64,000 bases of DNA. It comes from Candidatus Omnitrophota bacterium. Its GTDB lineage: Bacteria > Omnitrophota > Gorgyraeia > Zapsychrales > JBAZNR01. The stretch lies in contig JBAZNR010000001.1 in the NCBI GenBank assembly GCA_041649175.1, positions 1,039,497 to 1,103,496 of the forward strand. The letters run 5' to 3'. The translations under genes and the position numbers were made by a program. The notes under the pieces were generated by a model, which saw nothing but the letters and a program-made list of their open reading frames with translations, was not told the DNA's origin and made no database searches. Below are positions 10,004 to 20,699 of this stretch, one piece after another (positions within the stretch are counted from its first letter, which is position 1; each line of letters opens with the position of its first letter).

Positions 10004-10980
10004 AAAAAATAGTTTTTAGCGGTATGCGCCCCACCGGAAGATTGCATTTAGGGCACTTGGTTGGCGCATTGAGCAATTGGGTTAAGCTTCAGGAAGACCA
10101 TCAATGTGTTTTTGGTATTGTGGATTGGCACGCCTTGATGGGCGAATACGAACAAAGCAGGGAGATTCCGGAAAATATTCTAGAAATGGCCATTGATTGG
10201 ATGGCTTGCGGCATTGACCCTAAAAAATCTATTGTATTCGTTCAATCGCATGTTCCCGAACATCTGGAATTGTATATGTTTTTTTCCTGCCTAACGCCGC
10301 TAGGATGGCTTGAACGCAATCCAACTTACAAAGAACAGCTCAAAGAAATTACCACGCGTGACCTCCAAACGTACGGATTTTTGGGTTATCCTGTTTTGCA
10401 GGCGGCGGATATTTTGCTTTACAAAGCCAATGCGGTTCCCATCGGCGAAGACCAGCTTCCGCATGTTGAATTAACACGCGAGATCGCCAGAAAATTCAAT
10501 CATTTATACAAAACGAATTTGTTTCCGGACTGTAAAGCGCTGTTAACGCAGTCACCGCGCCTTTTAGGTGTTGATAACCGCAAGATGAGCAAGAGTTATC
10601 AAAATGCGGTCAATCTTTCTGATGCGCCGGAAGTAGTCCGCAAAAAGATCCAAAGCATGATCACTGATCCTAAACGGATCAAGTTAACTGATCCGGGGCA
10701 TCCGGATGTCTGCAATGTCTATGATTACTATAAAATATTTTCTCCCGATAAGAGTTCGGCCGTTCGCGAATGGTGTTCGGGCGCGCAAAAGGGCTGTACA
10801 GAATGCAAAAAGATATTAGCCGATGACATTCTGGAGCGGTTAAAACCTATTGAAGAAAAACGTAAAGCTTTAAGCGAGAATAAACGTCAGGTTATTGAGT
10901 TATTGGAAGATGGCGCAAGCCGTGCCCGCGCGATAGCGCAAAAAACCATGGCCGAGGTAAAAAAGGCGGTGTTTGGTTAA
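10000..10980 (+). CDS. trpS: Tryptophanyl-tRNA synthetase
   Basis: Class I aaRS of 326 aa with a HIGH-type motif (GRLHLGHLVG) and a KMSKS motif. The ATGA overlap with infB indicates coupling. Confidence 0.92.
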   Translation: MKKIVFSGMRPTGRLHLGHLVGALSNWVKLQEDHQCVFGIVDWHALMGEYEQSREIPENILEMAIDWMACGIDPKKSIVFVQSHVPEHLELYMFFSCLTPLGWLERNPTYKEQLKEITTRDLQTYGFLGYPVLQAADILLYKANAVPIGEDQLPHVELTREIARKFNHLYKTNLFPDCKALLTQSPRLLGVDNRKMSKSYQNAVNLSDAPEVVRKKIQSMITDPKRIKLTDPGHPDVCNVYDYYKIFSPDKSSAVREWCSGAQKGCTECKKILADDILERLKPIEEKRKALSENKRQVIELLEDGASRARAIAQKTMAEVKKAVFG

Positions 10981-11901
10981 ATGAGCGGTTATAAAGTCAA
11001 ATTAGATATGTTCGAAGGCCCGTTAGACCTTCTTTTGTACCTTATTAAAAAAGATGAAGTGAACATTTACGATATTCCGATTGCTCAGGTGACTCAGCAG
11101 TATATGGAATATATCGAGATGATGAAGCTTCTTAATCTTGATGTCGTTGGAGACTTCATCGTGATGGCGGCAACACTTTTACAGATCAAGTCACGGATGC
11201 TTTTACCGCCGGATCCATCAACGGAAGAAAAGCCAGAAGAAGATCCACGCGATGAATTAGTGCGCCGGCTTTTGGAATATAAGAAGTTCAAGGAAATTGC
11301 CGACGATCTGCGCAGTAAAGAAGTTGCCCGACAGGATCTTTTTTCCCGTATCGTGGACCAAGAAAAAACCAAAGAACTTAAAGAAGACGCTAAGGAAACC
11401 TATTTTGAAGCCAGTCTTTTTGATCTGATTTCGGCGCTCACTCAGGTGTTAAAAACTGTTCCGCGTGAAGTATTTTACGAAGTCATGAAAGAGGAGTTTA
11501 CCGTCGATAAGAAGATCCATGACATCTTGCATATGCTTTTAGACACATCGCGCATTTTATTGGTTGACCTTTTTAAAATGTCGAAAAGCCGTTTGGAAAT
11601 CATTGTAACGTTCATTGCGGTCTTAGAGCTTATCCGGCTTAAAGAAATTTTAGTTTTGCAAAAGCGAGTTTTTGGCGATATTGAAGTGGTGCGCAATCGC
11701 GTTAATATCGCGGCTAATTCTGAACAGGATCCTAGCGAAGAAAATACTGAAGCAGATACCCAAGAACAGCCTGCCGAAGAGCAGCAAAAAGCCGAAGAGA
11801 TTCAGCAAAACCAAGAAAGTCCTGCTCCTTCGCAGGATCAAGGACAAGATAATGTCGACGACGGATCCAAGACACAAACTGCTCCTGACCCAGGAAACTG
11901 A
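10981..11901 (+). CDS. scpA: Segregation and condensation protein A with an unusually long acidic/Gln-rich C-terminal tail
   Basis: N-terminal FEGPLDLLLYLIKKDEVNIYDIPIA is the ScpA signature. The last ~70 aa are a low-complexity E/Q/D-rich tail. Confidence 0.85.
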   Translation: MSGYKVKLDMFEGPLDLLLYLIKKDEVNIYDIPIAQVTQQYMEYIEMMKLLNLDVVGDFIVMAATLLQIKSRMLLPPDPSTEEKPEEDPRDELVRRLLEYKKFKEIADDLRSKEVARQDLFSRIVDQEKTKELKEDAKETYFEASLFDLISALTQVLKTVPREVFYEVMKEEFTVDKKIHDILHMLLDTSRILLVDLFKMSKSRLEIIVTFIAVLELIRLKEILVLQKRVFGDIEVVRNRVNIAANSEQDPSEENTEADTQEQPAEEQQKAEEIQQNQESPAPSQDQGQDNVDDGSKTQTAPDPGN

Positions 11902-12892
11902 AGAAGACGCAGTTATCAGCCTGTCTTTACGCCCTGCCAAATTGACCGATTTTATCGGCCAGAAAGATTTAGTCGAAAGCCTTAAAGTCTCTATCCAGGC
12001 GGCTAAAGAACGTAGTGAGCCGATCGAGCATATGCTTTTTTCCGGCCCACCGGGCTTAGGGAAAACCTCTTTGGCGTATATCGTCGCCCACGAAATGAAT
12101 GCCCGCATCACGGTAACATCCGGCCCAGCTATTGAACGCGCGGGAGACTTAATTGGGATCTTAACGAACTTAGAAAAAGGGGATATTCTTTTTATTGACG
12201 AGATCCATCGCCTTTCAAAAACAGTAGAAGAATTTATGTATCCGGCGATGGAGAATTTTCAAATTGATTTTGTGGTGGATAAAGGCCCTTATGCCAAAAC
12301 GATCAAATTTAACTTAAAACCGTTTACGCTGATTGGAGCAACGACCCGTAGCGGGCTTTTAGCGTCTCCTTTACGTGACCGTTTCGGGATTTTTCATCAT
12401 TTGGATTTTTATAACCCTCAGGAGTTATCGGTGATCGTTCGCAATTCTTCGCAAAAATTGAATTTAGCCATCGAACCTGACGCGGCTGAAGAGATCGCAC
12501 GGCGCGCCCGGGGAACGCCGCGGGTAGCTAATCGACTGCTTCGTCGCGTACGGGATTACGCGCAAGTTAAAACAGAAAATAAAAAGATCAATAAAGCCGT
12601 CGTTGAAAAAGCGATGGGAACATTAAATATTGACGAAGCCGGGCTTGACGAATTCGATCGAAAATTCATTAAAGTCATTCAAGATTTCTATCGCGGAGGG
12701 CCGGTAGGTATTGAAACACTTGCGGCGACTCTTAACGAAGAGATCGATACCCTTGCTGATGTTGTAGAGCCGTTTTTGCTTAAAATAGGGTTTCTAAAAC
12801 GGACATCGCGCGGGCGTGAATTAGGCGAAGCCGCTCTCAAATATCTTAAAAACCTTCCTCTCAAGGATTCAAAGCCCCCAAAAGAATCCTAA
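11852..12892 (+). CDS. ruvB: Holliday junction branch migration ATPase RuvB
   Basis: LRPAKLTDFIGQ...GPPGLGKTSLA...FIDEIHRL...GATTR match RuvB motifs. The six-frame ORF begins at 11672. I placed the start at ATG 11852 (MSTTDP), which leaves a 50-nt overlap with the scpA tail. Confidence 0.88.
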   Translation: MSTTDPRHKLLLTQETEEDAVISLSLRPAKLTDFIGQKDLVESLKVSIQAAKERSEPIEHMLFSGPPGLGKTSLAYIVAHEMNARITVTSGPAIERAGDLIGILTNLEKGDILFIDEIHRLSKTVEEFMYPAMENFQIDFVVDKGPYAKTIKFNLKPFTLIGATTRSGLLASPLRDRFGIFHHLDFYNPQELSVIVRNSSQKLNLAIEPDAAEEIARRARGTPRVANRLLRRVRDYAQVKTENKKINKAVVEKAMGTLNIDEAGLDEFDRKFIKVIQDFYRGGPVGIETLAATLNEEIDTLADVVEPFLLKIGFLKRTSRGRELGEAALKYLKNLPLKDSKPPKES

Positions 12893-12945
12893 AACAATAT
12901 TCTATAGAGTTTATTCGCAGATTTTGTATTGCAGAGGTAGATAAG

Positions 12946-13158
12946 ATGGATACAGGAAAAGCTTTTATCTTGGTTGGCGCCGGATTGATTTTGCTGGGAA
13001 TCTTTCTTTGTTTTTCCGGAAAAATTCCGTGGATAGGAAAATTGCCGGGAGATATTATCATCAAGAAAGAGAACTTTACATTTTACTTTCCGCTGGCGAC
13101 GAGCATTTTGATCAGCATTGTTTTAAGTGTTTTCTTATTTCTATGGAACCGAAAATAA
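12946..13158 (+). CDS. DUF2905-family small membrane protein
   Basis: 70 aa with two TM helices flanking a GKLPGDI motif. Confidence 0.7.
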   Translation: MDTGKAFILVGAGLILLGIFLCFSGKIPWIGKLPGDIIIKKENFTFYFPLATSILISIVLSVFLFLWNRK

Positions 13159-14315
13159 CCCGACTTCTTACGATCTTTTGTTTTGTATTTATTTTAGCCA
13201 CCGGCTATTTGCGGGCGGCGCCGGAGCCTACGTATGCCTCGAAAGCAGTTCGCGTGGCTATTTTGCAGGATAAAAAGGAATTTAAGTTGGCGATCCACGG
13301 GAAATTTTCGATTCACGATGATAAAGATCATCAAACTCTTTTCGAAGATCGATTATTGCGCAAGGCCAATGTCAAAGTGACCGAGTATGGTTTTTTGATC
13401 GGAGACATGCCTTATTCTCAAAGGAAGATTAGGATCATTTCCGCCAAAGATGCCACCATTGATATTGACGGGCGCCGTTATCGCGGAGAAATCGATATTT
13501 TGCGCGATAGCAACAATCGCCTTTTAGTCATCAACATTGTTGGCTTGGAGGACTACGTTAAAGGCGTCCTTTATCACGAGGTTTCGCACCACTGGCTTTT
13601 GGAGGCCTTGAAGGCTCAGGCTGTGGCCGCCAGGACTTATGCGCTTTATCGCATGGAGCTTTCCAAGAATAAAAGCTATGATTTAACAAGTGATATTTAT
13701 TCGCAAGTTTACGGGGGAAAGAATTCCGAACGGTTTCGTACCAATTTAGCCGTCGATAAAACGCAAGGATTGATCCTGACTTTTAAGGGAAAGATCTTGC
13801 CGGCATATTATTCGGCAACATGTGCCGGAGCAACAGAAGATGCCGCTGAACTCTGGAAGGAAAATTTACCGCCTTTGAAAGGTGTTGTTTGTGACTATTG
13901 CAAGAACTCCCCTCACTATTTTTGGGTGAAAAACTTTAGACTTAAAGATATTCAGGATAAACTCAATGCCCGCGGTTATGAGCTGGGATTGATCGAAACG
14001 ATCACTATACTGGAGCGCAATGAAAGCGGGCGCATCAAAACCTTAGAGATCAAGACTCGAGACGGGAAGGTCATGAATATTTCGGGAAAAGATTTTCGTA
14101 ATATCGTCGGGCCGAATGCGATCAAGAGCAATAATTACGCGATCGAAATGAAAGGTTATTATATGGATCTGGTTGGAAAAGGATGGGGACATGGCGTGGG
14201 CTTATGCCAGTGGGGAGCGCATTTTATGTCCCAGGCCCGTTTTACTTATGAGCAGATCTTAAAATATTATTATCCCGGGGCGGAGATTGTTTCGTATGAA
14301 GCTAAGGGATTTTGA
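13143..14315 (+). CDS. SpoIID/LytB-domain protein (secreted amidase-enhancer-like)
   Basis: A signal-peptide-like N-terminus (MEPKITRLLTIFCFVFILATGYL) is followed by a SpoIID-type domain. The start was moved from 13008 to ATG 13143 so that the protein begins with the signal peptide. Confidence 0.75.
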   Translation: MEPKITRLLTIFCFVFILATGYLRAAPEPTYASKAVRVAILQDKKEFKLAIHGKFSIHDDKDHQTLFEDRLLRKANVKVTEYGFLIGDMPYSQRKIRIISAKDATIDIDGRRYRGEIDILRDSNNRLLVINIVGLEDYVKGVLYHEVSHHWLLEALKAQAVAARTYALYRMELSKNKSYDLTSDIYSQVYGGKNSERFRTNLAVDKTQGLILTFKGKILPAYYSATCAGATEDAAELWKENLPPLKGVVCDYCKNSPHYFWVKNFRLKDIQDKLNARGYELGLIETITILERNESGRIKTLEIKTRDGKVMNISGKDFRNIVGPNAIKSNNYAIEMKGYYMDLVGKGWGHGVGLCQWGAHFMSQARFTYEQILKYYYPGAEIVSYEAKGF

Positions 14316-15315
14316 TTATGATCTACCCAAAGAGCTGATTGCGCAAGAGCCGCTTTTAAAGCGTGATCAAGCGCGGCTGATGATCGTTGATCGCAAGGCA
14401 AAAGAAATTCGACACGATGTTTTTGCCAATATCGGAAAATATTTACCCCCCTTGAGTACGATCGTTGTTAATGATAGTAAAGTTATTCCTGCCAGGATTT
14501 TCGGGAAAAGGGAAACCGGAGGAAAAACTGAAGTTTTTTTGTTGAATCGTTTAAGCGATGGATATTCTTTTGAGGCATTGATTCGCCCCCTAAAGCGTTT
14601 AAAAATCGGAGAAAAAATTTATGTGGGCCCAAATGGCTCCGAGAGAGCCATTTGGGCCCAACTTATTGACCCTCATAGAAAAATAGTCCGCTTTAATAAG
14701 AAAAATATTTTTCCCTATTTAAACAAAATCGGCCATATGCCCTTACCGCCGTATATTAAAAGGGAAGACACAAAGCAGGACCAAGAATATTATCAAACTG
14801 TATACGCAAAAAATGCCGGCTCAGTCGCATCGCCGACGGCAGGATTGCATTTCACCAGAACTTTATTGTCAGATCTAAAGAAAAGCGGGCATTCCTTAAA
14901 GAAAGTGACGCTTCATGTGAACTTCGCGACGTTTAAAGCCGTTGAAGAAGAAAATATCACAAGCCACCAAATGCATTATGAAAGTTATTCTTTGTCATCG
15001 GCGACCCTTGCCTCTATTCAGAAAACGAGATCAAACGGAAGAAAAATTGTTGCCGTTGGAACAACCAGCTGCCGTGTTTTAGAAACGGTGGCTCAGAAAA
15101 AGAAATTAATGGGTGATACAAATATCTTTATTTATCCGGGCTATCAATTTCAAATGACGGATTGTTTGATCACCAATTTTCATCTTCCCAAAACAACTCT
15201 TTTTATGCTTGTTTGCGCCTTTGCCGGAAAAGACCTTATGCAACACGCATACCAGGAGGCAATTCGGGAGAAATACAGATTCTTTAGTTATGGCGATTGC
15301 ATGTTTTTAGCTTAG
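14296..15315 (+). CDS. queA: S-adenosylmethionine:tRNA ribosyltransferase-isomerase
   Basis: The N-terminus MKLRDFDYDLPKELIAQEP is the canonical QueA start. Length is ~340 aa. The six-frame ORF begins at TTG 14287. Confidence 0.9.
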   Translation: MKLRDFDYDLPKELIAQEPLLKRDQARLMIVDRKAKEIRHDVFANIGKYLPPLSTIVVNDSKVIPARIFGKRETGGKTEVFLLNRLSDGYSFEALIRPLKRLKIGEKIYVGPNGSERAIWAQLIDPHRKIVRFNKKNIFPYLNKIGHMPLPPYIKREDTKQDQEYYQTVYAKNAGSVASPTAGLHFTRTLLSDLKKSGHSLKKVTLHVNFATFKAVEEENITSHQMHYESYSLSSATLASIQKTRSNGRKIVAVGTTSCRVLETVAQKKKLMGDTNIFIYPGYQFQMTDCLITNFHLPKTTLFMLVCAFAGKDLMQHAYQEAIREKYRFFSYGDCMFLA

Positions 15316-15336
15316 GGCAGTTTTGTCACTTTTTTA

Positions 15337-15364
15337 TTGACAAAATTTATTTTTGGTAGATAAT
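15337..15364 (+). promoter_or_regulatory. Near-consensus sigma70 promoter upstream of the Rrf2 regulator gene
   Basis: TTGACA at 15337-15342, a 16-17 nt spacer, then GATAAT/ATAATC at ~15359-15365. Confidence 0.6.
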
Positions 15365-15365
15365 C

Positions 15366-15379
15366 GCATATAGATATGC
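15366..15379 (+). promoter_or_regulatory. Palindromic operator-like site GCATAT-AG-ATATGC abutting the -10 element
   Basis: Perfect 6-2-6 inverted repeat immediately 3' of the -10. The sequence is related to the site upstream of nirK. Confidence 0.5.
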
Positions 15380-15414
15380 TATTATTGATCAAAGACAAGA
15401 TTTGAGAAGAGACC

Positions 15415-15810
15415 ATGCTAAATAAAACAAGCTTGCAAACCGTTAAAGCACTCATTGAACTTGCCAGGCTTCCTCGCGGCCAATGGGAAGGAGCCGCGAG
15501 TATTGCCAAAAAGATCCGTGCCCCGCAAAATTATTTGAGTAAAGTTTTGCAGTGGCTTTGTAGTAAGAAAATCGTTGAATCTCAAAAAGGGTTTGGCGGA
15601 GGGTTTCGTTTAGCTCGTGACGCCCGCAAGATCTCTTTATTTGATGTTGTAGAGCCCATTGAAAAGGTGAGCCGTTGGGGAGGTTGCTTCTTAGGAAAAA
15701 GGAAATGTTCTGATACTGCTCCTTGCTCGGCTCATCATGAATGGTCAGGCGTGCGAGAGAAGTATCTGGAGTTTTTAAAAATAACGACTTTAGCCGATTT
15801 GCTGGACTAA
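15415..15810 (+). CDS. Rrf2-family transcriptional regulator, NsrR-like (putative NO/nitrite-responsive repressor with Fe-S ligand cysteines)
   Basis: 131 aa with an Rrf2 wHTH N-terminus and three clustered Cys residues (CFLGKRKCSDTAPC). It lies directly upstream of nirK-nnrS. Confidence 0.8.
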   Translation: MLNKTSLQTVKALIELARLPRGQWEGAASIAKKIRAPQNYLSKVLQWLCSKKIVESQKGFGGGFRLARDARKISLFDVVEPIEKVSRWGGCFLGKRKCSDTAPCSAHHEWSGVREKYLEFLKITTLADLLD

Positions 15811-15818
15811 TTTTTTTA

Positions 15819-15843
15819 CGCATAAATAGCATACAAATATGCG
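15819..15843 (+). promoter_or_regulatory. Nested palindrome CGCATA-AATA-GCATA-CAAA-TATGCG between the Rrf2 gene and nirK (candidate NsrR-like operator)
   Basis: Outer CGCATA/TATGCG and inner GCATA/TATGC inverted repeats. It overlaps a putative TTGCTG-16-ATAAAT promoter 22 nt upstream of the nirK ATG. Confidence 0.5.
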
Positions 15844-15864
15844 ATTACAACCCAAGGAGGCGAT

Positions 15865-17025
15865 ATGAATACATTCAAGAGAGTGGCATCCTTTTTTCGA
15901 TTGGGATCTTTATTTTTTGTATTTTTCTTTATCTTAACGGGATTAAGTTTGGCTCAGGGGAAAATGCATCTACGTTTACCGGCTTTAACCGAAAAGGCTA
16001 TTTTGACCTTTGCTCCGGAAGTGCCGCCGCCGATCACCAGAAAAAAACCGGCGGTGGTTGAAGTTCGCTTAAATTCCAGCGTGGAAACAGCGGAAATCAA
16101 AACAGGCCTGCAATATAAATATTGGACCTTTAACGGCCGTGTGCCGGGGCCTTTTATCCGAGCGCGTGCCGGCGATGTGCTTGAAATTCATCATACCAGT
16201 AGTGACGCCAGCGGAATGCCGCACAATGTTGATTTTCATGCGGTAACAGGGCCTGGGGGTGGCGCACCGGTGACAACAGTTGTGAAGGGGGAAGAGCGGG
16301 TGGCGTGGTTCAAGCTTTTAACTCCGGGGCTTTTTATCTATCATTGTGCCGCGCCGCCGGTGATGGACCATATCGCCAATGGTATGTATGGGCTTATTTT
16401 GGTTGAGCCAGCGCAAGGTTTACCAAAAGTTGACCGTGAATTTTATGTTTTACAAAGTGAGTTTTATACCAATAAAACTGAGTCGATGGAAGCAAAACCC
16501 GTCGATCATGAGAACATGGACAAAGAAGGACATCAAGATGATTTTTGGGGCGAAGAGGCAGGAAAAGAAACGGGGCCGACTTTGTTGCAATTTTCGCATC
16601 AGGCCGGGCTTGATGAGCATCCGACGTTTGTCGTCTTTAACGGAAAGTACAATTCGCTTGTGGGAGGAGGGGCTTTAAAGGCGAAGGTTGGTGAAAAGGT
16701 GAGAATTTATTTTGGAAATGCCGGCCCCAATTTGATATCTTCTTTTCATGTGATCGGGGAAATCTTTGACAAAGTTTATCGCGAGGGAGATCTGCTTTCT
16801 TCGCCCGGACGCGGTATTCAGACAACGCTGGTTCCGGCTGGTGGATCGACGGTGGTAGAATTTGCGTTAGATGTTCCCGGAACGTTCACATTGGTTGACC
16901 ATGCTATTTTTCGCGTAGAAAAAGGGGCTGTTGGGTTTCTAGATGTCGAAGGCAAAGTAAATCCCGAAATCTATACTTCTGATCAGGATGCGGTGGTTTG
17001 CAAGGGATGCATGGTTCATCCATAA
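15865..17025 (+). CDS. nirK: Copper-containing nitrite reductase (NirK)
   Basis: Signal peptide, HNVDFHA type-1/type-2 Cu ligand block and a C...H...M cupredoxin motif (CAAPPVMDHIANGMYG). Length is 386 aa. Confidence 0.85.
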   Translation: MNTFKRVASFFRLGSLFFVFFFILTGLSLAQGKMHLRLPALTEKAILTFAPEVPPPITRKKPAVVEVRLNSSVETAEIKTGLQYKYWTFNGRVPGPFIRARAGDVLEIHHTSSDASGMPHNVDFHAVTGPGGGAPVTTVVKGEERVAWFKLLTPGLFIYHCAAPPVMDHIANGMYGLILVEPAQGLPKVDREFYVLQSEFYTNKTESMEAKPVDHENMDKEGHQDDFWGEEAGKETGPTLLQFSHQAGLDEHPTFVVFNGKYNSLVGGGALKAKVGEKVRIYFGNAGPNLISSFHVIGEIFDKVYREGDLLSSPGRGIQTTLVPAGGSTVVEFALDVPGTFTLVDHAIFRVEKGAVGFLDVEGKVNPEIYTSDQDAVVCKGCMVHP

Positions 17026-17034
17026 GGGAAAAGC

Positions 17035-18240
17035 ATGAGTAAAAAATTTAGCAATTGGTGGGAAGCGGCTTGCCGGGAACCGTACCGGATCTTTTTTCCG
17101 TTGGGAGTATTGGCGGGAACGATCGGGATAGGGCATTGGCTTTTTTATGCGTTTCATTGGCTGCCGAAATATTCGGGATTTTTTCATTCGTCCATTCAAA
17201 TGATGGTTTATATGAATTGTTTTGTGGCCGGGTTTCTGATGACGGCTATTCCTCGTTTTACCGGCACTCCAACCGCCGAATCACGTGAGGTGCTTAGCTT
17301 TCTATTGATCTTAGGCGGTATGGCCACGTTTCTTTCCTTGGAACAATGGATCGTCGCGGAAGGGATGTTTATCGTCTGGCTTGTTTTATTGATGGCATTT
17401 GTAGGAAAGCGCATTGTGGCGCGGATCAGAGCCGGTTCGTCTGGCCAAAAGCCTCCGCTTGAAATGATGTGGGTTCCTTTAGGGATGATGACCGGGATAA
17501 GCGCGACGGCTTTACTGATGTTGGGGCAATTAGAGATCCTTCCTCGCTGGTCTTTGACGATTGGTAAACCGATGATGGATCAAGGATTTTTGCTTTGTGT
17601 GGTTTTGGGGATAGGCGGCTTTCTTATTCCTAGAGTTATGGGGACATATGCGCCTTTGCCATCTTCCGGACGTCTTTACGCCACCTTGTTCTTAGTTTTT
17701 ATATTTACTTTTATTTTGGAGGGAATGCAGTTGTTTTCTTGGGCTTACGGCTTGAGAGCTTTTGTGATGACGGTTGTTTTTATTCGCGCTAGAATTATCT
17801 CTAAACTGCCGGTTGCGAGAAGTTTTTATATCCGCTTGGTTTGGATTTCTGCGTGGATGACGGCCTTAGGATTATGGGGTGCGGCTTTTCTCCCGGATTA
17901 TCGCATTGTTTGGTTACATGTGACATTTATCGGCGGATTTAGCCTCATGGTTTATGCTATTGCTACGATGGTCATTATGTCGCATGCCGGCGAGGGAGAA
18001 CGATTACAAAAACCTCTGTGGATTTTCTGGATGATAGGCTTAGGAACGGTGATCGTTCTTATCAAGAGGTCTTTCGTGGCGTTTTTTCCGGATCAATATT
18101 TTCAATTTTTAGGGATGGCAGCTGCTGTTTGGCTTATCGTCGCAACAAGCTGGTTTGTTTTTATTATTCCGAGCATTCTAAAAATTCCCCGAGAAGATGA
18201 ATTCGGGAAAATGCATGAGCGAGCCGTAAGAGAAAAGTAG
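17035..18240 (+). CDS. nnrS: NnrS-family heme-copper membrane protein (NO-stress associated)
   Basis: ~12 predicted TM helices across 401 aa with conserved His residues. It is positioned immediately after nirK, as in denitrifiers. Confidence 0.75.
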   Translation: MSKKFSNWWEAACREPYRIFFPLGVLAGTIGIGHWLFYAFHWLPKYSGFFHSSIQMMVYMNCFVAGFLMTAIPRFTGTPTAESREVLSFLLILGGMATFLSLEQWIVAEGMFIVWLVLLMAFVGKRIVARIRAGSSGQKPPLEMMWVPLGMMTGISATALLMLGQLEILPRWSLTIGKPMMDQGFLLCVVLGIGGFLIPRVMGTYAPLPSSGRLYATLFLVFIFTFILEGMQLFSWAYGLRAFVMTVVFIRARIISKLPVARSFYIRLVWISAWMTALGLWGAAFLPDYRIVWLHVTFIGGFSLMVYAIATMVIMSHAGEGERLQKPLWIFWMIGLGTVIVLIKRSFVAFFPDQYFQFLGMAAAVWLIVATSWFVFIIPSILKIPREDEFGKMHERAVREK

Positions 18241-18293
18241 GTTTTTTTCGCTTTTAAGAATATTGCTTTGATCATGAAATGATGTTTTTTAGA

Positions 18294-18341
18294 GGGCGTC
18301 CTTGACGTCTTGTGAAACAAGACGTCAAGGACGCCCTTTTT
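18294..18341 (+). terminator. Rho-independent terminator after nnrS
   Basis: 19-bp perfect stem GGGCGTCCTTGACGTCTTG / CAAGACGTCAAGGACGCCC with loop TGAAA, followed by TTTTT. Confidence 0.85.
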
Positions 18342-18412
18342 GCTTTCTATATTTCTCATTGACAGCCCAGGGCTATATTGTATGCTACTATGCATCTTAA
18401 AAAGAAAATTGA

Positions 18413-20268
<1,856 letters not shown>

Positions 20269-20322
20269 GAATATTAAGATTATCCCAAAAGAAACGGGAT
20301 TCATTCAAGGAGGTTGGATTAA

Positions 20323-20688
20323 ATGGCTGGTAGCGTGGTAGAAAAAATAAAATTAGTTGAACAAAGCTTTGTTAAAAAAGTCCCTTCTTTTAACGTCGGC
20401 GATACCGTTCATATGATGGTTAAGGTTGCCGAGGCTGACAAAGTGAGATTGCATCCTTTTGAAGGAACGATCATCGCGAAAAACGGAACCGGTATTAAGG
20501 CATCGTTTACGGTAAGAAAGATCTCATTTGGTGAAGGTGTTGAACGGGTATTTCCTCTTTATTCTCCCATGATCGAGAGCATCAAAGTTGTCAATAAGGG
20601 TATTGTGAAGCGCTCCAAGCTGTATTATTTGCGCGGTAAGGCCGGTAAAGAAAGCCGCGTTAAAGTTGAGCAGCAATCCTCCTCTTAA
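20323..20688 (+). CDS. rplS: 50S ribosomal protein L19
   Basis: 121 aa with a conserved L19 core (FNVGDTV...GTIIA). A GGAGG RBS is present. It follows trmD, as in the canonical operon. Confidence 0.92.
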   Translation: MAGSVVEKIKLVEQSFVKKVPSFNVGDTVHMMVKVAEADKVRLHPFEGTIIAKNGTGIKASFTVRKISFGEGVERVFPLYSPMIESIKVVNKGIVKRSKLYYLRGKAGKESRVKVEQQSSS

Positions 20689-20699
20689 GTAAGTGACGG

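Noticed and set aside
11672-11851. Long N-terminal extension of the ruvB ORF (six-frame start at 11672), overlapping scpA by 230 nt
   Set aside because: The extension is low-complexity, lies in another frame of the scpA 3' region and is not RuvB-like. The conserved RuvB N-terminus begins at ATG 11852.
18359-18392. Promoter for tgt beginning with TTGACA at 18359-18364
   Set aside because: A good -35 hexamer is present, but no acceptable -10 lies at 16-18 nt spacing (ATGCTA/TGCTAC). It is left unannotated.
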